DNA of 39,145 nt from the NCBI RefSeq assembly GCF_001194135.2, contig NC_068986.1, positions 77,352,729 through 77,391,873 on the forward strand. Reading direction: 5' to 3'. Numbering within the stretch: position 1 is the stretch's first letter; every line of letters starts with the position of its first letter. Shown here one piece after another: positions 10,773 to 21,552 of this stretch. Made by a program: the position numbers and the translations under genes. The stretch comes from Octopus bimaculoides. Taxonomy: Eukaryota. Below the pieces are notes generated by a model. It saw only the letters and a list, made by a program, of their open reading frames with translations, made no database searches and was not told where the DNA came from.

Positions 10773-12145
10773 CATCATCATCATCGTTTAACGTCTGCTT
10801 TCCATGTCGGACAGTTTGACTGGGGACTGGTGAGCCAGAGGGCTCCACCAGGCTCCAATCTGATCTGGCAGAGTTTCTACAGCTATCGTCATCCATTCCT
10901 AACACCAACCACTCCGAGAGTGTAGTGAGTGCTTTTACGCGCTACTGGCATGAGGGCCAGTCAGGCGGTATTGGCACCGGCCACGCTCAAATGCTGTTTT
11001 TCATGTACCACTGGCACAAGTGCTAGTAAGGCGACGCTCGTAACAATCACGCTCGAATGGTGCTTTTTATGTGCCCAGTAGGCGGCCTTGGCAACGATCA
11101 CACTCAGATGGTGCTCTTAGCGCTCCACTAGCACGGATGTCAGTCATGCAGTGCTGTCATCGAATTTGATTTCGATTTCACTTGCCTCAAAAGGTCTTCG
11201 CAAGCAGAGTTTAGTGTTCAATGAAAGAAAGGTACACCTAAGTGGGCTGGTTACACCACTGGCATAGGCCACAGGTTATAGTCTCACTTGGCCTGCCGGG
11301 TCTTCTCAAGCACAGCATATTTCCAAAGGTCTCGGTCACTAGTCATTGCCTCGGTGAGGCCTAATGCTTGAAGGTCTTCCTAGGTCTACCTCTTCCACAG
11401 TTTCCCTCAACTGCTAGGGTGTGACACTTTTTCACACAGCTATCCTCATCCATTCGCACCGCATGACCATACCAGGGCAGTTGTCTCTCTTGCACACCAC
11501 ATCTGATGTTTCTTAGGTTCAACTTTTGTCATCAGCAGAGGTAAGTGCTCTCTGAACTTTGCCCAGGCTATTCTTATTCTAGCAACTACACTTTCAGAGC
11601 ACCCACCCCTGCTACTGACTTGGTCACCTTGGTAACAGAAGCTATCAACTACTTCTAGTTTTTCTCCCTGGAATGTGGCAGTTGTTCTCTGCACATTATC
11701 AGTGTTTATTGCTCCTGAGCATCTGCCACATACAAAAACTATCTTGCTAGTTAGCCGTCCTTTGATATTGCTGCACCTCTTATGTGTCCATAGCTTACAC
11801 TGGGTACATCTTATAGAGTTTCTACCTACGCCTTTTCTACAGATCAAGCAGGGCCATCTACTTGAAGGGGTTTGTGGTTTGTCTGCCTTCCTACTTACTA
11901 GGACTTTGGTTTTAGCTAGGTTGACTCTAAGGCCCTTCAATTCTAATCCTTGCTTCCACACCTGAAACTTCTCTAGTTCTGATAGTGACTCAGCAATTAG
12001 AGCAAGGTCATCAGCATAGAGGAGCTCCCAGGGGCATCCTGTCTTGAATTCCTCTGTTATTGACTGGAGGACTATGATAAATAGGAGGGGGCTGAGGACT
12101 GAATCTTGGTGGACCCGTACCTCTTCACTGTACTCGTTGCCAACC
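10773..12145 (-). mobile_element. 5'-truncated RTE LINE of the same family, with 3' UTR and (GAT)n tail; internal deletions
   Basis: ORF 11446-12189 has VGNEYSEE, YADD and a complete C4HC3 finger; (CAT)n at 10773 on the + strand. Confidence 0.93.
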
Positions 12146-12759
12146 AGGACACATTCCTCTAGCTCAATAGATCCTATAGAACTGTTCAAACCATGCCCGC
12201 AAGGAAAACAGATGTCAAATGATCATAGCATCATTTAATTTCATGAAATTGTTGCTAATAGAGATATTCTAATTACCATGGAAAAACTGATAATTGTAGC
12301 ATAAGTAGGTTATCAGATCATGCTATCTAATAAGTGTTTTAGAGGGTTATTTCACAGAAATTCAAGACAAAATAAAATACAGGTAAGATTGCCCTGCAAA
12401 TATTGACTGATTTTTGCAAAATGTATTTTTATAAACACCTTAAACCAAATGAAATTAATCAAATCCAGATAAAAAAGAGCAACTCTACAATGCTCTTTCT
12501 CCCTTTCATAAAGTCTCAAGTTTTCAAGTAATATATATTTATATCCTGCCTTCACTGCCAAAGTGAGTGTGTGCACCCTTATACACACACACACACTATG
12601 AGAGTAGGAAGTAATAAAATGTTAAACACACATTTTGGATTGCAGCTAAATAGATGCACAATTAAGATTTTTTTAAATCCAATACTAGTCAAATGAAATA
12701 TCAACATATATAATAAAAATAGGACACCAAAACTAGAAGTTCTGGAAGATGAACTACTA

Positions 12760-13523
12760 AGGACTACAGATCATATCTGTGGCTGGAGCAAAGTTCCAGC
12801 CAGGCCAATGATGATGTGGTGGTGGAACAGCGAGGGAGACAGAACCATAAAAGTGAAGACAAGCTTGGAAAGACTGAAAGAATAGGGGCAGCAGATAATT
12901 ATATCAAGTAGTTAGAAAGGCAGCTAGGTGACAGGTTTATTTAGCAAGGGGAGAAGTAGAAAGTGAGAAGTTTGCCAATGTTCTACAGTGTGAGGATCAG
13001 AGGCATGAGAGATTTTGTATTGCAAAGCAGAGAGAATAGAGACATTGTGTGTGAGAAGTATGGATAGATAATGGCACCTATGCACTTAGTGGTTCTGAAG
13101 AGAAAGAAACATGGAAGTGATATCATGAAAAGTTATTGAATGTAGATAATGTATAGAAGAAAGAGGGTCTCTCTGAATGTAGACTTAACAGAGAGATGGT
13201 GACTCTAGTAAACAACAGTATGATAGATGACACGATTAAAGATATGACAGCAGGTAAACCCCTTGGTTCATCAGGAATGACCAGAGATATTTAAAGTATG
13301 CCGCCACTGCCACCACCACCATTTAACAACTGCTTTTAGATTATACAGGAAGGTGTCATATGCAATGACAGATATAACAGCGTTTTGTCTACTGTTACTA
13401 GAGTAAATAAGATGCTTTAAAGAGAGACAATTGCAAGAGTATCAAATTGCTGGATCAGGTCACGAAAGTTACCAATAAAGTTACAGCTCATTTAGACAGG
13501 AGAATTAGTATAGATAAGATGCA
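12760..13523 (+). mobile_element. Decayed RTE ORF fragment (endonuclease-RT linker to RT N-terminus)
   Basis: Frame-shifted remnants WWWNSE (12817), IQEGVI.ND and IKLLDQVTKVT; the last overlaps the DQVMKVT start of the 18191 copy. Confidence 0.75.
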
Positions 13524-13989
13524 TGTGTGTGTGTAGTTCTACATATTCTTACTTCCTGCTCTTGCTTTTATAGTATGTGTGTGTGTGTGTGTACACAGGT
13601 ACACACACTCACAGCAAAAACAAGATATAAAGACACAACACTTGAAAACTTGAAACTGTAAAGGAAAAAATTGCATGGTGGAATTGCTTTTTCTTATGTG
13701 GGAATGATTAATTTCATTTGATTTATGGCATCAGACATAGTAACATTCAGCACATAAAAATACATTTTGCAAAAATTCATATGTAATCAATCAAAATTTG
13801 CAGAACAATCTTACCTGTATTTTATTTTTTTTTTCAATTTCCACGAAGTAATATGCTTACACCAAATTGCTATATATATTTACATTATACATATTGATAA
13901 AATAGTGAAAATTTTCTTTGAGTTAGGAGTAAGGTAAGTGAGTAATTAAGTTCTCTTTAAAATGACACAGAACAACAGTCTCCTGTTAC

Positions 13990-14055
13990 CTTTATACCGT
14001 TGAGTATTTCATTCATCACTTTAATCCTGGAATCTTTTAATTTCATTTGCTTCAT
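13990..14055 (-). CDS. ABCC1: ABCC exon H (66 nt, 0-0): MKQMKLKDSRIKVMNEILNGIK
   Basis: Acceptor tttttcttag, donor gtaaca; KD.RIK.MNEILNGIK motif. Confidence 0.95.
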
Positions 14056-14289
14056 CTAAGAAAAAAAATTAACAAACTCAATTTTAGTTTATTTCATCAG
14101 TAGATGGAAAGTGACTTTCTTACATAACATTTAGGATTAAATCTAATAATAATGTTATTTTATTTTTATTTAAGTAGAAATAGGAACTTGTGATACTTGC
14201 GTGTTGTTCAGTGTTTATCATCAATAAGGAAAATAAAAACAGATTTACAAACTGGAAATATATCATTCACTATGATGGCTAATGTTCTA

Positions 14290-14600
14290 ATGAACCCTAC
14301 TTAGTCCTATATGGGATGGGCCACAAGTATGTGGGTAGTTGCAAAATAAGGTGGGACCTATAACGGGGCCACTTGGCAAATAAGCAGTCATAGACCATAT
14401 GGCAACAGACTCATCAGAGCAGGTAGGGTTTCACACCACCAGAGGTCCAGATTCATTAGTCCTCTAGTCATTGAAATAGTGAGCACATGTCACAATAAAA
14501 TGGCCTGGTCCATCAGGATTAGGAGTTGGGTGGAAGGCTAATCACCTATCCTTGTAAACATTGAGGTGATTACAGAAACTGCAACAGAAGAAATCTACTC
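14290..14600 (+). mobile_element. Probable RTE 5'-UTR fragment
   Basis: 'ccatcaggattaggagttgggtggaaggctaatcacctatccttgtaaa' resembles the recalled RTE 5'-UTR motif ggggttgggcgtggggctaacaacc..cgtaaa; unverified. Confidence 0.4.
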
Positions 14601-15004
14601 ATGGTTCACAAGCAGCATTAAGTTATTTATCAGATGACAATGTTTATGAAATTAAATAGCAAAAAAAGCAATAAATAAAAAAAAAAATAATAAAACCTTG
14701 GTTTCTTTCAACTCTTTTAAAGAACCTAGGGAAAATATAGAAGATAGAATGTGTTTATGTTGTTTAAACTGAAGTCAGATGATTGACTAAAGGTGTTTCA
14801 TCCATGACCATCCTATCCTACTAACAAGTATAGTGTACTCTGGATCTACATTTTCTAATGTCTTCTTTTAAAAGGGTGGTTTGAAAACGGTTTGGCTGTT
14901 ATTTCTAATAATTTGAGCTCCCTTACTGGCTTGTGATATTTGTGACATTCATATAGTAAACAATAGCATAAATTAAATGATACATCCTTAAATCATGAAA
15001 GACT

Positions 15005-15230
15005 TCCCACCACAAAATCCAGTCCTTTTTGTGGTGTGGAGAGTTGTGTACCACAATGACTCTGAGAGCTATGCTAGCAGAGCGCAGGCTCTTGGTAGGG
15101 CCTTCCATATTGGAAAAGTCAAAGGGTAGAGGCCAGACTAATATGGACCACTTCTTCCCAGAAGTATAAATGGATTCACATTGGGCCAACATTCCTACCT
15201 AGAAGAGGCAAAGTTACAGAAGCATCAATG
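15005..15230 (+). mobile_element. Probable RTE/BovB-like 5'-UTR fragment
   Basis: 'caatgactctgagagctatgc...ctcttggtagggcc...aggccagac' resembles recalled BovB/Expander 5' ends; unverified. Confidence 0.45.
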
Positions 15231-15663
15231 ACAACTCAAAACCAACATGAACTAGGAGAGGAAGGCTTTTCCTCAGGGAAACATGACAAATCTTGACCTG
15301 TAACCCTCACTGGAGGTAGACGAGAGGATGTCCTAAAGACAGCTGGTGGCAAGACACTGAGGCTTAGCTGGAAAAGCAAGGATCCAACTGGAGAGAAGCA
15401 GAAAAGACAGTCAAGAGTTGAGAACATAATGGGAGAAAGTTGTCAATAGCCTATGCTTCATAGAGAGTGAATGGCTTAAATAAAGTAAGGAAGAACCTCA
15501 CTGAGTTAAGCATATATGTAGTTTATCTCTTCTTCGAAAGGTCTGCCCAGAAAATTAAAATATTGCTTCTAAAATATCTTCTAGATATAGAAAAAAAAAA
15601 AAAAAATTTAATTTAACCAAAACTTTAAAAAATATATAAAAAGTTAAATAAAAGAAGGCTCAC

Positions 15664-15918
15664 CTGTAACACACTCTTTGCATTTAAGATAAACATGTTC
15701 ATTGCAATAAAAAATATTAAAATGCCAACTCCAACAAATATGGATGGTCCTAAGGTAAGCCAGAGGAAGTAAAGAGCAATCATAATTTGTAGAGGACCAG
15801 ACCAGATAGTGTTAACATAAGTCATAAGATCTTGGAACTTCTGGGCATCGATTGACATCAAATTAACTATTTCTCCAACAGTTGCAGTTTTGCGTGCAGA
15901 ATTCGATAATGTAAGGCT
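15664..15918 (-). CDS. ABCC1: ABCC exon G (255 nt, 0-0): SLTLSNSARKTATVGEIVNLMSIDAQKFQDLMTYVNTIWSGPLQIMIALYFLWLTLGPSIFVGVGILIFFIAMNMFILNAKSVLQ
   Basis: Only 'tag' of the acceptor is visible (N gap from 15922); donor gtgagc; TVGEIVNLMS.DAQ motif. Confidence 0.93.
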
Positions 15919-15921
15919 CTA

Positions 15922-16123
15922 NNNNNNNNNNNNNNNNNNNNNNNNNNNNNNNNNNNNNNNNNNNNNNNNNNNNNNNNNNNNNNNNNNNNNNNNNNNNNNN
16001 NNNNNNNNNNNNNNNNNNNNNNNNNNNNNNNNNNNNNNNNNNNNNNNNNNNNNNNNNNNNNNNNNNNNNNNNNNNNNNNNNNNNNNNNNNNNNNNNNNNN
16101 NNNNNNNNNNNNNNNNNNNNNNN
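15922..16123. other. Assembly gap (N); others at 17608-17803, 19113-19122, 19806-19854, 34404-34595
   Basis: N runs. Confidence 1.
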
Positions 16124-17803
16124 TGTAATGTGAGATACTGTCCTATATATTATATATTCCTTATGCTTTTCAAAACTGAGTTACAGATTTTGATGTATGG
16201 CATATCAAAAGATACGGTACTATTTTGGCTACAAATTAAACTTAATTTTCATTCACATATTTGCATTTCAAAAATTTAACATAATCTTTTCCATAAATCA
16301 ACTATTGTAAAAATTTTATATGGTGACGTCACATTTTCTATACGTGTGTGTACCTTAAAAGACATCAATCATCACGGCACACACCTTCACTCACTCACTC
16401 TCTCTCTCACATGTGCAAGCACGCACACACACACGTCCATTTTTTCATATAGACGTACATACATCTTTCACTTTCTTTCTCTGTTCTTTACACTTTCTCT
16501 TCTTTCAATTTCTGCTCTCTTCAAATAAAATTTTTATGGATACAACTGCTTTCAAAAATAGGGATTAATGTATAATTTCTTTCTATGTTCATATTTTTTT
16601 GTTTACAATATTGAGAAAAATATGCCACCAAAGAAAAGATGTAATCTCTCTAGAAATAAGTATAAAGCAAGGAGGAGTGTAGAAAACCGAAAGCAGGAGT
16701 CTCAAGAAAGAAGCTAGATGAGATTTTCTCAAGATCAGCAAATGCATGTTGCAGCACTTAATGCTGGATCATTAAATCAATGTTTTAATGATTAGACAGA
16801 GGTCTAATAGAATAGCTCTCAGAAACAGACTACATACAAATTCGTACAACTCCTGAAGCTGTTTTCAGATATGATCCATCCCATTCTTATAAAAATAATA
16901 ACTCTGTCCAAATTGGCAAGCTAAACATAAATTGTCTTTTCTGTAGAGTTTTAAAATTTTTAAATGAAACAAATGGTATGTGCTGCGCAGGCAGTCAGGT
17001 AACATTGCCAGCACTACCAGCTCCTTCTCAACCTCTTATGGATCTTCTAGAAGGCATTTCCATCCAGTCAAAGGATTTTCTGAACAATATCAGACAATAC
17101 AACTCTGCAAATGACATCATTTGGCGCATCTAAGAAGATAGATAAACATGAATTTACGACGGCATCAAAGTTCAAGGGCAAGTCTATCACCTCATTGGTT
17201 CTCTGTTATCCACAAATGAACAAACACAGTTCCTCCAAATTTACTTTATGAGTGATGTAGGGCAACAAACCCGAAGGAGGTGTCAACATCTCAGATCATG
17301 GGTCATGTTAGATACAGAGCCGACTGCTGCAAAAGAGAGTATATCCACAGCCAGCTTTTCGGCGTATTCAAAAATCACATAACCCCCACAGGTTAGGGCC
17401 TGAAATACTCCAAATAGACACATAGCTTGCTGCTTAGTCAAATTAGCCCATCATTTACTCCACAAATGTTTTGTTGTCAATGCTGCACTTTCCCATATCA
17501 CTTGTTTCAGCATAACTGTAATATATTATATACAAACTATGCCATTTTAATCCCGAGCAATGCTGGGTGTCTCTGCTAGTATATATATATATGTATATAT
17601 ATATATANNNNNNNNNNNNNNNNNNNNNNNNNNNNNNNNNNNNNNNNNNNNNNNNNNNNNNNNNNNNNNNNNNNNNNNNNNNNNNNNNNNNNNNNNNNNN
17701 NNNNNNNNNNNNNNNNNNNNNNNNNNNNNNNNNNNNNNNNNNNNNNNNNNNNNNNNNNNNNNNNNNNNNNNNNNNNNNNNNNNNNNNNNNNNNNNNNNNN
17801 NNN

Positions 17804-18013
17804 TGACTGGCCTTCGTGCAGGTGACACGTAAAAGCACCCACTACACTCTCTGAGTGGTTGGCATTAGGAAGGGCATCCAGCTGTAGAAACTCTGCCAAA
17901 TCAGATTGGAGCCTGGTGTAGCCATCTGGTTTCACCAGTCCTCAGTCAAATCGTCCAACCCATGCTAGCATGGAAAGCGGACGTTAAACGATGATGATGA
18001 TGATGATGATGAT
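17804..18013 (+). mobile_element. Young RTE 3' tail copy with long (GAT)n
   Basis: Near-identical to 21810-21996; 5' end hidden by N gap. Confidence 0.9.
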
Positions 18014-18174
18014 ATACGACGGGCTTCTTTCAGTTTCCGTCTACTAAATTCACTCACAAGGCTTTGGTCGGCCCGAGGCTATAGTAGAAGACACTTGTCC
18101 AAGGTGCCATGCAGTGGGACTGAACCTGGAGCCATGTGGTTGGAAAGCAAGCTACTTACCACACAGCCACTCCT
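18014..18174 (-). mobile_element. SINE-B 5' half with intact pol III boxes
   Basis: Minus strand: aggagtggctgtgtggt (A box), ggttcagtccc (B box). Confidence 0.85.
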
Positions 18175-18190
18175 ATATGTATTATATAGG

Positions 18191-19448
18191 ATCAGGTAAT
18201 GAAAGTCACAGAGAGGGTCATAGCCCAACTAATTAGGGAGAGAGTCAGTTTAGATGAGATGCAGTTTGGGTTTGTGCCAGGAAAAAGCACCACTGATGCT
18301 ATATTTCTGGTAAGATAACTGCAGAAGAAATACCTAGCCAAAGATAAACCTCTGTACCTGGCTTTCGTTGACATGGAGAAAGCCTTTGACAGGGTTCCCC
18401 GCTCCCTTATCTGGTGGTCAATGAGGAAACTAGGGATAGATGAGTGGTTAGTGAGAGCTGTGCAAGCCATGTACAGGGACGCTGTCAGTAAGGTGAGGGT
18501 TGGCAATGAGTACAGTGAAGAATTCCGGGTAGAGGTAGAGGTCCACCAAGGTTCAGTCCTCATCCCCCTCCTATTTATCATAGTCCTCCAGGCAATAACA
18601 GAGGAATTCCAGACGGGATGCCTCTGGGAGATCCTTTATGCTGATGACCTTGCCCTAATTGCTGAGTCACTATCAGAACTAGAGGAGAAGTTTCAAGTGT
18701 GGAAGCAGGGACTAGAATCGAAGGGCCTTAGAGTAAACCTAGCTAAAACCAAAGTCCTAATAAGTAGGAAGGTAGACAAAACACAAACCCCTTCAGGTAG
18801 ATGGCCCTGTAGAAAAGGCGTAGGTAGAAACTCCATAAGATGTACCCAGTGTAAGCTATGGACACATAATAGGTGCAGCAATATCAAAGGACGGCTAACT
18901 AGCAAGCTAGTTTTTGTATGTGGCAGATGCTCAGGAGCAATAAACACTGAGAATGTGCAGAAAACAACCTTTACCACACTCCAGGGTGAAAAACTAGAAG
19001 TAGTTGATAGCTTCCGCTACCTAGGTGACCAAGTTTGTAGCGGGGGAGGGTGCACTGAAAGTGTAGCTGCTAGAATAAGAATAGCCTGGGCAAAGTTCAG
19101 AGAGCTCTTACCNNNNNNNNNNCGCATGTGTACGAACAGCCATGCTACATGGCAGTGAAACATGGGCCGTGACTGCTGAGAACATGCGTAAGCTTGCAAG
19201 AAACGAAGCCAGTATGCTTCGATGGATGTGTAATGTAAGTGTGCATACTCGACAGAGTGTAAGTACCTTGAGAGAAAAGTTAGACCTAAGAAGCATCAGT
19301 TGTGGTGTGCAAGAGAGACGATTGTGCTGGTATGGTCATGTGGCAAGAATGGATGAGGATAGCTGTGTGAAAAAGTGCCACATCTTAGCAGTTGAGGGAA
19401 CCTGTGGAAGAGGTAGACCCAGGAAGACCTGGGATGAGGTGGTGAAGC
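18191..19448 (+). mobile_element. RTE-clade non-LTR retrotransposon fragment (RT domain with inserted PHD-type finger), inactivated
   Basis: QFGFVPGKSTTDAIF, FVDMEKAFDRV, HQGSVL, YADD, FRYLG, R..WYGHV.RM, GRGRPRKTW; in-frame TAA at 18316-18318; N gap at 19113-19122; no 3' tail. Confidence 0.93.
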
Positions 19449-19674
19449 CACTTTGTTTAAACTCATAAATTATATAACTTTTACAGGTGTTTTACTAATG
19501 TGTACTGGTATGTTATGCAACAATCGTTACATAGATGATTACATAATCACCTTAGAATGTCAAATCTTTAAAAGAAAATAGTAATTTAATCAACTATTAA
19601 TTACCAAACTCAGTTGGTAGGCAGAACAAAATGAGAATGGCTGGGAGAAGAAAACTAGAAAAGATACCTCAACA

Positions 19675-19918
19675 ATGAATACACTTTTCTCAGTGATGAA
19701 TTGAATCAACAATCTAAAATTAGAAGATAAGATAAAACAAAGAAAAATAGGAAAAGAAAAAATGTACAAGCTGACATGAGTAATATATAATTAGCCCCCC
19801 CCCCCNNNNNNNNNNNNNNNNNNNNNNNNNNNNNNNNNNNNNNNNNNNNNNNNNTATATATATATCTACCCAGGTTTGCACCACTCACTCCCTGATCTAC
19901 ACTCTTTAATCACGCTTC
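19675..19918. repeat. Direct duplicate of 22415-22623 (includes the exon F acceptor and first 39 nt)
   Basis: Visible bases identical to the 22415-22623 copy apart from the poly-C/(TA)n stretch under the N gap at 19806-19854. Confidence 0.9.
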
Positions 19919-20910
19919 TGTGGAATGAAAGTATAGAGAAATTAAAAGAATTCAAAATTAAGAAAGATACTCAATTTACCATGGAATATAGTCAAGATAC
20001 AGACATCCTAATAAAAGAATTCAACAACCAAATAAAGAGAGCCATATTCTATAAACAATAGTTTTCCACCTGTGCCATCCAAGGCACACCTGAGTAAATG
20101 TTATTTATAACCTAGCCAAATCGGTCTGCACAATTGTATCCAATGAAAACAACCAGATGTAAAACTTCAAGTACTTAAGGGTACACATTTAGACAATAAT
20201 TATCCACTTAAATGATAATGGAATAAAATGAGCCACAACAAACAACATCCTAACAAAACAAAGAAATTAAAATATCATCATCATCATCATTTCATGTCCA
20301 TTTTCCATACTGGCATAGGTTGGATGGCTTGAGGGGAACTGGTAAGGCAGGGTTTGCACCAGGTACAATAGTCTCTTGGCTTGGTTCCTATGGCTAAATG
20401 CCCTTCCTGCCACCAAAGAATTAAAAATTTTACCTCATATTTCCACCTGCAATCCTAAAAGCAAAGCCTACAGCATCATATTTCAAAACATAATGACCAA
20501 GTCTTTCAAAAGCATACTATCATAAAAAGCAAAAGACAGCTCAAATCAATGGAAAAAAACTACAAAGGTATAACTTAACACAATAACAAAAACAACAGTA
20601 AAAAAATGCAGAAGATTCAATGGTGGTATATGTTTAAATCTGTCAGAAGGATTGGAGATCTATTTTAAACAAAGGCAATTCTTTATAATTAAAAATAACT
20701 ATCTGTGCATCTGAAAATTTGATCAATACAATTACATGTTCAGGATGTAATAAAACTACATAGGGCAAACTAAGATGTTCTTAAGAAAATGCATGCCTCA
20801 GCATAGATCCCAAATTAGAATACTGGTATACCGTCAAATAGAATTTATTGAACATATTGTCACATACACCTGTAAGAAGCAACTGTATTTTATGATCTTC
20901 TTTTATAACA
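19919..20910 (+). mobile_element. Decayed Penelope-like element (RT C-terminal part and GIY-YIG endonuclease)
   Basis: Remnants TQFTMEYS..DILIK....IFYK, FHLCHPRHT, YNLA, CTIVS, IIKSKRQ, LINTITCSGCNK then a -1 shift to YIGQT (20757-20771), LRK...HRSQIR. Confidence 0.8.
20275..20412 (-). mobile_element. RTE 3' tail copy nested in the Penelope fragment
   Basis: (ATC)n then tttcatgtccattttccat...; Penelope coding remnants on both sides. Confidence 0.8.
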
Positions 20911-21552
20911 ATTTGCTGATGGCATATTGTAATGACAATACATCAACAATGAAACAACTTTCATAACCAAATACTGACACTGTGGGAGAGAAACCACAAC
21001 TTCCAATACTACAGCACTACTGCTGGTATGGTCACTACTCTTACTCTTACTACTGAAGGCAAAGAACAAACCACTACCATTATATCTACAGTTTTTTACC
21101 ATTTCCACTACTACTATTACAACTATTGCTTAAACTGCTACTTCTACTAATGAACCTGATACAGTCACTTCTGATATGTCCATTGCTACTGCTAATAGCC
21201 AGTTCTCCCACTGTTAATAGCCAGCTCTCAATACCAATGCTGCCAGTATGTAACAAAAGACAGCTGCTGCCGTTACTAAAGCTGTTACGACTATTATTAT
21301 CACCCAGCAGCCACCAGAAGGAGACCAACATCATGTGAATTTTTGAAGAAAAATGTGAACTTTCAAAACAGATATGAAAGATTAATTTAATTTATTTTAA
21401 TTTATTTTGCCTTCTCTCACAGCAGGATTAAACTGACTTAAAACACTTGAAACCAGTTGCATATTTCGGTAAAAATGTATGAGAGGGTACTGAAAAGTTC
21501 CTGGTTTTGGATAAAAGAAAATATAGGAGGATTAGTTAATTATGATTTTATT

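Noticed and set aside
15890-17935. ORF-track entries spanning N runs (also at 34349-34637 and 19706-19888)
   Set aside because: Artefacts of untranslated gaps and microsatellites.
18120-18174. tRNA gene (A and B boxes)
   Set aside because: The boxes belong to SINE heads; no cloverleaf is evident and they are followed by SINE body sequence.
18373-19158. Functional or domesticated reverse transcriptase gene (261-aa ORF)
   Set aside because: Upstream in-frame stop at 18316, no endonuclease domain, a deletion in the finger, 3' truncation and several sibling copies indicate a dead LINE fragment.
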